Source: a virus (lineage: Duplodnaviria > Caudoviricetes). Taken from it: a stretch of DNA of 59,876 nt. The notes under the pieces were generated by a model. That model was not told where the DNA came from, searched no databases, and saw nothing but the letters and a program-made list of their open reading frames with translations. Shown here one piece after another: positions 19,698 through 29,258 of the stretch. The stretch is taken from the IMG/VR virus record IMGVR_UViG_3300031953_000008, positions 1 to 59,876 of that record; one strand, written 5' to 3'. Both the position numbers and the translations under genes were made by a program. Positions within the stretch are counted from its first letter, which is position 1; each line of letters opens with the position of its first letter.

Positions 19698-20621
19698 TTA
19701 TATAACAGTAGCAAAACTGGAATTTGACTTGAATAGCGTTGAATCCAAAGTGATCACTTCCACGCTGTCCACACTGTTGTAAAGTCCTACGGTCAAATCA
19801 TCATTGGTCGCCAAGGCCGCAACGGTAAAGGTATAAATACCGTTAGGAGATTCCACAACACCTGTTGGGGTGATGGTCGCTCCGTTCTTTTTCACCAAGA
19901 AATCAGCCAATAATGCTCCGATAAAGGCTTTCCCGTCTTGTTTTGTAACAGCTTTTACTACAATAGTAGTGGCAAGATCGGCCGGAACGGTCATATCCAA
20001 ACGAACCTCATTGATTCCTTCCATACTCTTGGGATTGAAATTCAATTCCAATTGCTTGATAAGGAAATAATTGGTGTCCAGTTCGGCACGTTCCAAGAAT
20101 TGCCATTTGATACCTTCTCTTTGAATTGTAGTATCGGTTGCCCAAGTAATTTTATTTTGTTGGATCATCCCTGTGGTAAATCCTTTCAATGAACCTGAAT
20201 TTGATTCAGTACCAAGAACGTTTCCCATTCGGTCAATGAAAAGGATGTCATAAGAACCAAAACCAGATACAGCCGCTAAAGCCGCGTTGAACATAAACCC
20301 GTTGATGAAATTGGCGGCAAAACCGTACTTCCCAAGTTTTGTTACAGAGATGGTTCCATCTTCCAATTCTTCGGTAGAATTGTCCTGAGATTCATCAGTA
20401 AATCCCCTGATCCCGTTAAGGATAACAAGGTTTCCCTCGGCTTGTAGTTGCAGCACGTATGCTTCGTCCAATGCCACATCGCCGTTAAGGGCAAATCCAG
20501 CAGGTAACAACCATAAGGCCGCTACTTTCTCCAAGAAAGGCTTGGCTCCTTTTGTTCCCGTTCCTAATACGGCGTTTGAGCCAAGGTTTACGAGGTTGCG
20601 TATATTTGTTATTGTAGCCAT
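19698..20621 (-). CDS. Major tail (tube) protein with C-terminal Ig-like domain
   Basis: 307 aa, position after head-tail genes, followed by a strong terminator. Confidence 0.7.
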   Translation of the reverse strand: MATITNIRNLVNLGSNAVLGTGTKGAKPFLEKVAALWLLPAGFALNGDVALDEAYVLQLQAEGNLVILNGIRGFTDESQDNSTEELEDGTISVTKLGKYGFAANFINGFMFNAALAAVSGFGSYDILFIDRMGNVLGTESNSGSLKGFTTGMIQQNKITWATDTTIQREGIKWQFLERAELDTNYFLIKQLELNFNPKSMEGINEVRLDMTVPADLATTIVVKAVTKQDGKAFIGALLADFLVKKNGATITPTGVVESPNGIYTFTVAALATNDDLTVGLYNSVDSVEVITLDSTLFKSNSSFATVI

Positions 20622-20806
20622 TAGTTAATGTAGTTTTGAAGTTTAAGAAAATATCTCCCTTTTTCGGTCAGCGGCACGGAGTCACCTTTTTTGTATTGAA
20701 CCTCACCAATCTTTATGTTCCTTTTCAGTACATGTAATTTGGTCTTGATCTTTGATTTTTGAGGCTCTTTTGTTCCCTTTTCAGGGGCTTTATCTTTGTC
20801 TGCCAT
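20621..20806 (-). CDS. Small basic virion-module protein
   Basis: Start MADKDK at 20806; YKKGDSV motif. Confidence 0.55.
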   Translation of the reverse strand: MADKDKAPEKGTKEPQKSKIKTKLHVLKRNIKIGEVQYKKGDSVPLTEKGRYFLKLQNYIN

Positions 20807-20817
20807 TGTCTTTGTTT

Positions 20818-21351
20818 TTATAAGTAATAGTACACGTTCATTTTCACACAAAAAGTATGGTATGGGTGCAAATCCAAGTCTTTGACGTTTCTTGTGTCCC
20901 AACCTAGGAACACAGCTTCAATGCCTTTAGCGATAGAGGTAATGTCATACATTCCACCTGCGTTTTCATTCAGGTATTGTACGATCGGAAGTCGTGCTTC
21001 TTCATCGGGACTGTGCCCGAATCCAGGAAGTATTCCTTCTAAATTTACCATAAAGCACAATTTCACCTTGGCCTCGTACACGACCCCGTCTGTTGTTTCG
21101 TGGGTCTTGTCCTCGGTATAGAAAAAATTGGCCGCATACATATCATCAAAGCGAACATCGGTATAATCAATGCCATTGAACCATTGTGGTACTGGCACAT
21201 CAATATCAGTTGGACTTCGGTGCGCCCTTCCAAATCCCTGTAAAGCGCCACTCCAAACGGTAGGCAGAAACCCGTACAATCCAATTTGGATGTCCTGTAA
21301 TACTTTATCAAGTCCTACGGGGGCTGTCTTTACGTGGTTCGTGCTTACCAT
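20818..21351 (-). CDS. Head-tail joining / tail terminator candidate
   Basis: 177 aa; synteny. Confidence 0.55.
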   Translation of the reverse strand: MVSTNHVKTAPVGLDKVLQDIQIGLYGFLPTVWSGALQGFGRAHRSPTDIDVPVPQWFNGIDYTDVRFDDMYAANFFYTEDKTHETTDGVVYEAKVKLCFMVNLEGILPGFGHSPDEEARLPIVQYLNENAGGMYDITSIAKGIEAVFLGWDTRNVKDLDLHPYHTFCVKMNVYYYL

Positions 21352-21914
21352 GGGTGGCTTTCTACAGTTAATTTATTGGGGAAAATGATTTCAGAGGCAT
21401 CTTTTAGGGCGTAATATTGTGCCCTTCTGATACCACCTGATTGAACTACTCCGTACATATCTTTTAAGCCCTCGAGTTCCATTCTCAGGTTCCCTACGGC
21501 AAGTTTCGCATTGCGTTCCTCGTTCCCGTGCCTGTTGGTGGACAACATTCCCTCAATGGCCGAAATCGCAAGGGTCAATCCTATTGCTTCGTCAAAGAGT
21601 TGTGGTCTGTCCAAGATCAGTTGGGAATAATCCGTCAACGGTACATAATGGGAATTTAAATCGAAAACCTTGTTCAATACGTGTTTTGTGGCATTGGTTT
21701 TTTCCTGTGCCAAATACAGATTGAAATTAGCTTCTGAGATAAAGTCCTTATCCACCGTGGCGTATATATTCACAAGGTTCGCAAGTTTGTGGAAGGAAGA
21801 TATGATCCGGCCACTGCCCCCCGAGATATGCTCAGGGGTAATGGTCACGGAAATATCCATCGTTCCAAAACCTATGCGGCTTTCAAGTGATGATATGGAG
21901 GTTTGGTCATACAT
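21345..21914 (-). CDS. Head-tail connector candidate
   Basis: 189 aa immediately after the capsid gene. Confidence 0.55.
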   Translation of the reverse strand: MYDQTSISSLESRIGFGTMDISVTITPEHISGGSGRIISSFHKLANLVNIYATVDKDFISEANFNLYLAQEKTNATKHVLNKVFDLNSHYVPLTDYSQLILDRPQLFDEAIGLTLAISAIEGMLSTNRHGNEERNAKLAVGNLRMELEGLKDMYGVVQSGGIRRAQYYALKDASEIIFPNKLTVESHPW

Positions 21915-23206
21915 TATATTCCACCTGCGATAAGTGCAGCTTCAAACGTAGCGATTCCTTCTTCAGATAATTTATCAATTTTACCTGCAAGGGTCGCATC
22001 CAATTGTGAAGTAGTAGATGTGGCAACTTCTTTAGTGGCGTTCAATCCATCAACTACGGAAGTTTTAAGGTATAAAGTTCCTTGGTATAGGTAACCTGTA
22101 TTTCCTTCTGTCTGAACATCAAGTGAAGCAGTGGCTTCCTCAGTGTTGATATAGAAAAACGATTCCACATTCTGCAAAATAGGGAAAACGATCGCAGAAG
22201 CAGCGGTCTGTTCTGAAACAGGATCGGTTGTTCCATTCTTAGCGACCAAGATGTAAGCGTTTGCTTTTGCATACTGAACACCTTCTTGTGGAAATTCTTC
22301 CTCAGCTAAAGTAGAGTAAGGCAATGAACCTACATTGGTTCCAGTAGTTAAAACCACCATGTCTTTAGTCCAACCTTGTGAAACAGTCCTTGTTTTATCA
22401 CGTTGTTCCGTGAATGATCGGTCAATGACTATACTGGAAAGCCCTAAAGCTCTTGATATAACTCCTTTTACCTGAGTATCGTCAAGAGTAGGAATAGTTG
22501 CTCCGACAAATCCTTGGTTAAAAGCAAATAAGCCTTTAATTTGAGTATTGGCGTAGAACTTAGCAACGATATCACTGTTCAACCACATCGTATCAGGGGT
22601 TTGTCCAGCATCGTTCGCTTTTTGTTTCACACGTTTTAAATCATCTATGATAAGGGCAGCAGGATCGCTCCAAGGTGTCACTACACCGAATTTGTTTGCA
22701 GCAGGAACACCGAAATCAATACGAATACCATAACCTGCGTTATCGGTATCTTGGATCAGTGTAACTCCTGAATTTGAGAATCCCAGAAGGAAGGCTTGCT
22801 CAACACGTTCTTTCACACCATAAATTACGGCCTCTGTATCGGCAAAGATTTTCTTCACCATCTCAAATTTAGCGCCTGGGGTTCTTCGCATAATACGAAG
22901 GGTATTCATTTGCTTTTCGTTCAAGGTCATTTTCATACCGATCTTTGGAATCTCTCCACTGGCCGATTTGATAGAACCTCTTGATTTGATAGGTAATGGA
23001 GAGTCAAACGCAACGATATCCGCAGCGATCCTCGTGTAATCCCCTGAAAGAGAATTGTAGGTCATATCCATACTGTACTCGGGAGTCAAGTATTGATCGT
23101 GGAAGTATTTCGGGGCTTCTTTTTGCCCGTTGATCTTCTCGTATTTTCCTGTGACCACGCCTTGAAATAAATCGGCGATAAGGTCTTTAAATATAGATAC
23201 TGCCAT
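21914..23206 (-). CDS. Major capsid protein (lambda gpE-like) with C-terminal extension
   Basis: AADIVAFDSPLP.K.RG...GEIPKIG, IDFGVP..NK and W.DP..II.DL motifs. Confidence 0.85.
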   Translation of the reverse strand: MAVSIFKDLIADLFQGVVTGKYEKINGQKEAPKYFHDQYLTPEYSMDMTYNSLSGDYTRIAADIVAFDSPLPIKSRGSIKSASGEIPKIGMKMTLNEKQMNTLRIMRRTPGAKFEMVKKIFADTEAVIYGVKERVEQAFLLGFSNSGVTLIQDTDNAGYGIRIDFGVPAANKFGVVTPWSDPAALIIDDLKRVKQKANDAGQTPDTMWLNSDIVAKFYANTQIKGLFAFNQGFVGATIPTLDDTQVKGVISRALGLSSIVIDRSFTEQRDKTRTVSQGWTKDMVVLTTGTNVGSLPYSTLAEEEFPQEGVQYAKANAYILVAKNGTTDPVSEQTAASAIVFPILQNVESFFYINTEEATASLDVQTEGNTGYLYQGTLYLKTSVVDGLNATKEVATSTTSQLDATLAGKIDKLSEEGIATFEAALIAGGI

Positions 23207-23586
23207 TAGTCAATTTGGTTATAAACGCCCTCAGCCTTTAATAGTAGCAAGTTTGCTGCACTAAAAGGATATTTAACGACGTTGTTGTTAATAGTTCCTT
23301 GTGTCATAATTCCAACTGCTGGTTTTGACGCAAGGGTAGTTGACCTAACCACACCTACTAAAGTGTGTGATGCTGGAATAGTCCCAGTGGTCGGAAGTGG
23401 TTTGTATTCCCCTGTGGAATCTTCCCGGATCACTCCGTGCCCTTCGTAAATCACGGCGTCTGCGAAACCCGTAACATTGAGCACGCCTCCACCTTCTATC
23501 CCGTGAACATAGTGCTTGATGGCTGTTCCATCAATGCCCTCGGAATATTCGACACCTGCTACGGTGCTTAAATCTAATATTGCCAT
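23206..23586 (-). CDS. Head decoration protein
   Basis: 126 aa upstream of the MCP; GG.L.V.GF...I..GH.VI pattern. Confidence 0.7.
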   Translation of the reverse strand: MAILDLSTVAGVEYSEGIDGTAIKHYVHGIEGGGVLNVTGFADAVIYEGHGVIREDSTGEYKPLPTTGTIPASHTLVGVVRSTTLASKPAVGIMTQGTINNNVVKYPFSAANLLLLKAEGVYNQID

Positions 23587-23632
23587 TTGTGTTTGGTTTA
23601 ATTGTTAATATTTGTTTTGGCCAGTGGCCGTA

Positions 23633-24262
23633 TTATCCAACCGCTGCTGCAATCATTTCCTTATTTGCCGCGTCCCCTGCTTTGCTCACAGGTGGTTTTC
23701 CCGTTGCGGGTACACCATCTGCTCTGCTTTGTAAGTTCTCTTTGTGAATTTCCTCTAAATTAGATATCTGTTCTGCAACAGGGGTATCTGAATTTACATC
23801 GATCTGCCCGAAGTAGAAGTTTCCTCCTTTTTCGGTCAATGCTTTAAAGGTTTCATTTTTGTCGAACTCGGTACGGGCAGCCTGTGTTTTTGACTCGGTT
23901 ACTTTTCCTTCCTTCATTCCTTTGATATCATCCATCAGGGTCTTTGCCCAAGAAGGGACATCGTCTGCTGGTGGTACTGGTGGAATAGCGGCTGGAGGTG
24001 TAGTTGTGTCTGCTGGCGCTGGTGCTGGCTTCGCTTTTGCTTTGTTCTCAGCGGCTACCAAGCGGTGTTCGTCTTTGACCATATCGTCAAATGGGTACAC
24101 ATCATTGGCATCGTTGAGAATTAGGTCAATGGCCGAATCCTCTGCATCGTCAGCTAGTTTCTTGTTAAGTCTTGCCGTAATTTCGTCAAGCCTTTTTGTG
24201 GACAAGTCAGCTTTAAAGAGTTCTTTAAATCTGCCTTTTATCCTTGTTACTTCTACAGGCAT
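23633..24262 (-). CDS. Capsid scaffolding protein
   Basis: Pro/Ala-rich linker, DDVPSWAK motif, position. Confidence 0.75.
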   Translation of the reverse strand: MPVEVTRIKGRFKELFKADLSTKRLDEITARLNKKLADDAEDSAIDLILNDANDVYPFDDMVKDEHRLVAAENKAKAKPAPAPADTTTPPAAIPPVPPADDVPSWAKTLMDDIKGMKEGKVTESKTQAARTEFDKNETFKALTEKGGNFYFGQIDVNSDTPVAEQISNLEEIHKENLQSRADGVPATGKPPVSKAGDAANKEMIAAAVG

Positions 24263-24298
24263 AAGTTATTTTGATTAAGTTAAAGGTGAATAATGCTT

Positions 24299-24344
24299 CA
24301 AAGTTATATAAAATTTTCTTAAACAATAGATTTTTTTTATAATA
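24299..24344 (-). promoter_or_regulatory. Late promoter candidate for the head genes
   Basis: TAACTTTG -7 box (24299-24306) plus an upstream element nearly identical to 28394-28422. Confidence 0.6.
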
Positions 24345-24379
24345 ATTGTTTTATTGATAGATTTTTGTTATGGAATTAA

Positions 24380-24599
24380 AAAAGTTCTTTGCCTTATTTC
24401 AGAAGGATAAGCTCCCGTCGCCGATGACCTTTTGCGGGATTAGGCTTTGTTCTGGTCATCACTTACATCTACAATAAACACAACCGCTGATACGGTTTAT
24501 AATAAAAGGCACGAACTTCTATCGACAATTTTAGGTGTACTATTATTCTACCTATCGTTAACTTGTTTATTACGTTTATCTTCAATTCAAAGAACTTTT
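24380..24599 (-). ncRNA. Candidate structured RNA between portal and scaffold
   Basis: 12-bp closing IR, extended GAAGATAA/TTATC-CTTC stem, pseudoknot GATGACC/GGTCATC with TCCCG/CGGGA. Confidence 0.5.
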
Positions 24600-24620
24600 A
24601 TTTATTTCAGTTGTAAAGGA

Positions 24621-26123
24621 TTACTTTACAACTGAATCATCTACTTTTTTCGGGTCAATGGTCGGGTCTATAACGGTGTCAGCTACCACAGGTTCTAAGC
24701 TCACTTTTGCTTCTTCCTGAATCTGATTCCATTCTTTTTGAACGTCCTCAGCCAACCCAATGTTCTTGATAGCCTCCTGCTTGCTCATTATTTTAGAGTT
24801 CACCGCAGCTACATAAGTGATAATATCTTCGTTGATTTCACTTGGCAATATAGAGTTGAACTTAATATCGAAAAAGGTTTCGTTGGCCTCTTTTTTCAAT
24901 CCAGTGCCAGTAGTGGTGACTATTCCAGAAATAAACACGTTGATCATACGCTCGATAGCGGTTCGGTTTTCTCCTTCGTTCATCTTGGACTTTATTATGG
25001 CGTCCATAAACATCAGGCGTATAGCTTTTCCTGAAATATCCCCTATTCCCTTCAAATTCTCTAAAGACAAATCAGGCGTTGAAGTAAGTGAATAAATATA
25101 TTTCTCCAATCGTTCGAGTTCGAGTTTTACCGCTTCCGGGGCATTGTCGTGCGTTAAGAATTTGGCGTCACCGTGGACTGCTTTACCTGAATTTGGGTCA
25201 ACCTTCATGTCGAATTTCAAGGCTTTTCCATCGGCGTCCTTGCTCGGTAAACTGCCCACTTCACCGTATAACATCAACATTGGGTGTCCTGAATAATCAT
25301 TGGCCGCTGCGAGTTTGCTCATTGCCACTTCAATTCTGTCTATCATAAGTTCAGCCTCGTACCATTCTGGATTGTCTTGATTTAGATATACGATAGGGAT
25401 CTTGTTGAAGCCATGGTCTTTTTTATCTATGAAGCCCATAGAACCCGAATCGCTGTCGTCGGAAAACTTGTAGATTTTGGTATCGGTATAGATCCAGATA
25501 TGGTTTACCTTGTCAGCATCCTCGGTGACGAATTGCCACGCAAAGGCTTTCATATCACCAGATCCGTCATTTATCGGGGTCATTACCCCATCTTTATTTT
25601 GTAAAAGATCAACCTTGATTTCTTTTTTGGCATTGATACCAATCATTTTGTTGAACATCGAGTTTTTGTCAATGTCCTTTGTATAAAACAATATGGCACA
25701 TTGCAACTCTGATTTCTTTAAAGTGATGGCTTTTTGGATCAGGGTGTCCATACGGTTCACTTTCCATAATCTGTAAACCTCCCGGGTTAGATTGTTTTCT
25801 TTCCTTGATTTGTTCTCACTTGCTGAATTTATAAAAGGAATGATAGTCACTGGCTCCCCGACCTCAAAGGCAGTTCCTGTACGCACGATTTTGTTTATCA
25901 TGGGTATTGGAACTCGAACCGCATCGATTATCTTGCTATTACCTTTTTCCCCTACTTCTTTGTCTTTCTGAACAAGTCCTATTTGGGTAGGGCGGTTGGA
26001 TCGGTAGGTTTCGTTGTATTCCCTTCGGATATCCTTGATCCTGTTTACATAGGCCGTGTCCACATCAAATTTCTCGAGTGCTTTTGTGGGGTCTGAGGAT
26101 TTAAGTAAATCTAGTAGTTCCAT
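24621..26123 (-). CDS. Portal protein (SPP1-like)
   Basis: 500 aa; KIPIVY, IDRIE..MS, TPDLS.ENL..G.ISGKAI motifs. Confidence 0.92.
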   Translation of the reverse strand: MELLDLLKSSDPTKALEKFDVDTAYVNRIKDIRREYNETYRSNRPTQIGLVQKDKEVGEKGNSKIIDAVRVPIPMINKIVRTGTAFEVGEPVTIIPFINSASENKSRKENNLTREVYRLWKVNRMDTLIQKAITLKKSELQCAILFYTKDIDKNSMFNKMIGINAKKEIKVDLLQNKDGVMTPINDGSGDMKAFAWQFVTEDADKVNHIWIYTDTKIYKFSDDSDSGSMGFIDKKDHGFNKIPIVYLNQDNPEWYEAELMIDRIEVAMSKLAAANDYSGHPMLMLYGEVGSLPSKDADGKALKFDMKVDPNSGKAVHGDAKFLTHDNAPEAVKLELERLEKYIYSLTSTPDLSLENLKGIGDISGKAIRLMFMDAIIKSKMNEGENRTAIERMINVFISGIVTTTGTGLKKEANETFFDIKFNSILPSEINEDIITYVAAVNSKIMSKQEAIKNIGLAEDVQKEWNQIQEEAKVSLEPVVADTVIDPTIDPKKVDDSVVK

Positions 26124-26126
26124 AGT

Positions 26127-26300
26127 TTAGTTGATTGAGGGTGCTTTTTTGTAGTGTTGTCCCAAAGAGTAGCCGAGTTTCTTTTTTGACTTGATGTATT
26201 TTTTGAGGTATTTTTTGGTGTAGGCTTCTTGGGTGATTGGTTTCTGTCCAGTGAAAATGAATTTTAAAATCAGGTACAGGTTGCGAAGGCGTCTTTTCAT
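26127..26300 (-). CDS. Small basic protein between terL and portal
   Basis: 57 aa MKRRLRNLYL...KKAPSIN*, not in the ORF track. Confidence 0.5.
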   Translation of the reverse strand: MKRRLRNLYLILKFIFTGQKPITQEAYTKKYLKKYIKSKKKLGYSLGQHYKKAPSIN

Positions 26301-26311
26301 AATCGAGGGGT

Positions 26312-27793
26312 TTACCAGTTAATACCGAGTTCTGCAAGTGTTTTCTTGGTTGTGTAAATTAAAGGCGAGGTGTGGAAAATATCGAAATACACCCTCATGA
26401 AGAGCGCATCCCTGTAATCAGGCGATCGTCCAATGTCTTGTTTTATTTCTGATTTCGGTTTGCAGTCCAGTTTCCCGTAATCACTCAACCGTGATTGTAT
26501 TTGGTCTAGTTCTGCTCTTATTTCCTCCTTGTTATCAGGCGTTAAATCACAATCAATCCAAAGCCCACCTTCGTTTATCTTATCAGCCAAATGATATAAA
26601 CACTGTACTTGCAGATTTCGGTAGTTTGGCATATCGCCATTCTCTTTTATAGCTGATGCGTTGTTTATAAATGGAAGGGCTCCTGTTTCATCTACGATTG
26701 ATCCTCCTATACCATCAGCATCTACTACGATATGATTCTTTGGTATTTGGTACTTTCTCCTGAATAAGTTTATCGTATAAGATATCTCCGTGGTAGCACT
26801 TGTGTCATAGGTTTTAATGTCGATAACCCTCCATCCTTTCCAAACCAAAATAACCGCTTTATCAGAACCCATTCTGGCAATATCGGCGGTGATGTAATGA
26901 ATGTCTTTTTCGTTGCCGACGTGATCGTTGTCAAATATCTGCTCGATCATCTGGTAGTCGCATAACGCATTTGGGTTTTCTTCGTAGTCCCAATTACCTT
27001 TAAATAGGCGCTCATAAAGTTGTTTATTCTTTTCGCCCATCCTGCGTAGTTTATCCACGTATTCCGGCTCAATGAACGGATTGTCAGTAACAAGCGAAGG
27101 CACGTAACATAAATTAGACGGTAAAGTGCCTCGTTTCCAAGGATCGTAAAAACGTGTTTTAACCCAATTCTTTTTTGGGTTGGTGGTCATTAGAATTGTG
27201 CCTTTCACCTTGTATTTTGAGTTCAGGTGACGCCCGACCCTTGATGATATAACGTTAATTCCCATTTCATTTTGCTCCGAAAGTTCCTCAGCCCATCCTC
27301 CCGTATATTCAGTGGATCCCAAATCTTCATACATAGGGTCGGATGGTTTGTATTTTAATTCTATAAAGTTGATATGGGAGGTGTTCCCTATTTGTATAAA
27401 ACTCTTTACAGCATTATACTTCCAGTCGGTGAACCCGTAGTATCTACACACCTTACTCCAAGTCACCAAAACAGAATCAACAATATCTTTCAATTCGTTA
27501 CGGGAAACAAACCATCGGGTTCCAGGGTAGTTGATACACATAAATAAAAGCCATACGCATCCAGCCCAACTCTTTCCATTACCTGCTGAACCACCCGCTA
27601 GAATTTCTTCGTATTGGTTAGACCAAAGTGCTTGCAGTACTTCCCTCATTTTATGGTGTTCTACATCTTCCCCAGCATCGTTCTTTCCTTTGACCACAAA
27701 ATCAAAATCGCCCTTTCTAAAAAGTTCTGCACGGATATCGATAGGTCTTAAACCATCTACGATTGTACTTAACTGTTTTGATGATTCACTCAT
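26312..27793 (-). CDS. terL: Terminase large subunit
   Basis: Walker A GGSAGNGKS, Walker B GGWAEE, motif TTNP, nuclease ADIARMGSD...DADG...SPDY.DA. Confidence 0.95.
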   Translation of the reverse strand: MSESSKQLSTIVDGLRPIDIRAELFRKGDFDFVVKGKNDAGEDVEHHKMREVLQALWSNQYEEILAGGSAGNGKSWAGCVWLLFMCINYPGTRWFVSRNELKDIVDSVLVTWSKVCRYYGFTDWKYNAVKSFIQIGNTSHINFIELKYKPSDPMYEDLGSTEYTGGWAEELSEQNEMGINVISSRVGRHLNSKYKVKGTILMTTNPKKNWVKTRFYDPWKRGTLPSNLCYVPSLVTDNPFIEPEYVDKLRRMGEKNKQLYERLFKGNWDYEENPNALCDYQMIEQIFDNDHVGNEKDIHYITADIARMGSDKAVILVWKGWRVIDIKTYDTSATTEISYTINLFRRKYQIPKNHIVVDADGIGGSIVDETGALPFINNASAIKENGDMPNYRNLQVQCLYHLADKINEGGLWIDCDLTPDNKEEIRAELDQIQSRLSDYGKLDCKPKSEIKQDIGRSPDYRDALFMRVYFDIFHTSPLIYTTKKTLAELGINW

Positions 27794-28374
27794 AAACTTA
27801 CTCCTTCTTGGTTAACGCCTTTTTCAATCCTTACGAAAGGCAAATTTTTAACCCTAATTCCTTTGAGTTGTTTTTCCAAACGACCAACTCCTACACAATG
27901 GGCGCGTGCTGCCTCAGCAATAGACTCATAGAATATTCCGGTTTCTTCATTCATCACCATCCATTTAACGGCGTTGAAACCAGTTTTTTGTTTCTTGTTG
28001 GTATTTTTGCATAGACCGCTTTGAAATGCGTGGATCATATTTTCTGAACGCGTGCAGTATTCAAGATTGCTTACTGAATTATTGGACTTATCGCCGTCAA
28101 TGTGATTGATGTCGTTTTTCAAGGGTCTTTCTCCGATAAATGCGTGAGCCACGACAATATGAACCATGGTCTTTTTGCATTTGCCGTCTTTATATAAGGA
28201 AATAGGACAATACCCAAATGTGCTTTGGTATTTAGCCATCATCTTTCCTTTCATATTCATATCTCCCTGCCCGTTACGAACAACAATTCTATCGCAACTT
28301 TGAACCCTTCCAAGATTGGAAACTTGGTAGAATCCCTCAAAATCAACAACGTCTTTCCAAATTTCAGTTTCCAT
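27790..28374 (-). mobile_element. NUMOD4-HNH homing endonuclease (NUMOD1-like C-terminus), coupled to terL
   Basis: EIWKDV..FEG.YQVSNLGRV; VHIVVA.AF...INHIDGDK.NN.VSNLE; YESIAEAAR. Confidence 0.9.
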
Positions 28375-28484
28375 AGTGTAAATGTATCAATAATTCTTTA
28401 ACAATAGATTTTATTTATAGTAGAATTGCGTTTTTGGGTAGAATATGATACCTATCTTGTATCTGGCAAGTGATTTTTAGGCAC

Positions 28485-28517
28485 AAAAAAAACCCGTAAG
28501 AACCTTAAACTTACGGG
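28485..28517 (-). terminator. Rho-independent terminator
   Basis: 8-bp perfect stem followed by T8. Confidence 0.85.
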
Positions 28518-28553
28518 CTAGAAACCTTAGAAATATGAAAGTAAAACATCAAG
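28485..28553 (-). ncRNA. Candidate sRNA antisense to the AACCTTA(A/G)A start-region motif
   Basis: TATATTTG box at 28558-28565; terminator CCCGTAAG/CTTACGGG + T8; loop TTTAAGGTT. Confidence 0.6.
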
Positions 28554-28587
28554 AGGTCAAATATAGGGATTATTTTTGAGAGTAAAT

Positions 28588-28827
28588 TTATTGTTTCTGT
28601 TTCAACGAAGGCTCCACGAACATTTCCATTAAATATTCCTTGATGTGAGGTTCCTGTTTTATGGAGAAACACTCTCCAGAGATGAATATATTGATCAGTT
28701 CTCCCAATTCTGTTTTGTTAGGGATGTACCAGCAGTCTATTTTTTCGGCATTGAAGTAGAAGTCCCTAAATTCTTCATCTTCATCATTGTCATCGGTGTA
28801 GGTAACGAGTTTTGCTTTTATTTTCAT
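28588..28827 (-). CDS. Hypothetical protein
   Basis: Start MKIKAK inside GCCCAATG. Confidence 0.6.
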   Translation of the reverse strand: MKIKAKLVTYTDDNDEDEEFRDFYFNAEKIDCWYIPNKTELGELINIFISGECFSIKQEPHIKEYLMEMFVEPSLKQKQ

Positions 28828-28986
28828 TGGGCTACTTTTTACGTTTCTTTTTCTTCGGCTGCAAATTCGTCTTGCGTTTCGGCTCGACATAACCGCTATG
28901 AAGTCTTTCTTGTTCCTGCTTATATTCTTCGATGGTCATTGGGGTTGTTGGACTCATAATTTAGTTTGCTAGTTTTAGGTCAATGT

Positions 28987-29133
28987 TTAAAAATCACGAT
29001 CTTCATCCTCTGGGTTTAGGTCAACTTCCAAATTACAGATCAGGTCATCCATAAAAGAAGCGTATTCATCGTCGGATAGTTCGTTTACATGTTCTATAAT
29101 GTGGTTGGTTGCGTGGCGCATTTTTCCTGTCAT
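28987..29133 (-). CDS. Small acidic protein
   Basis: Start MTGKMR inside CGCCCAATGA. Confidence 0.55.
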   Translation of the reverse strand: MTGKMRHATNHIIEHVNELSDDEYASFMDDLICNLEVDLNPEDEDRDF

Positions 29134-29258
29134 TGGGCGGATTTTAGGTAGTTGAAAACAATGTGGTGTTCGTTGGTCTTGACAATCTCGGCATTGAATT
29201 TCCAACGATTTGTTTTGTTTAACCAATCGATTGTTTTGTGCATCAGGATCAGTTTCAT
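29130..29258 (-). CDS. Small hypothetical protein
   Basis: MKLILMHK...YLKSAQ*, both ends in CAATGA junctions; not in the ORF track. Confidence 0.5.
   Translation of the reverse strand: MKLILMHKTIDWLNKTNRWKFNAEIVKTNEHHIVFNYLKSAQ

Noticed and set aside
24412-24462. HDV-like/theta or twister ribozyme
   Set aside because: A pseudoknot is present, but the P3/P1.1/J4-2 and twister conserved nucleotides do not fit
26101-26337. 78-aa ORF in the track between terL and portal
   Set aside because: Overlaps both neighbours; the 26127-26300 frame has an ATG and fits the gap
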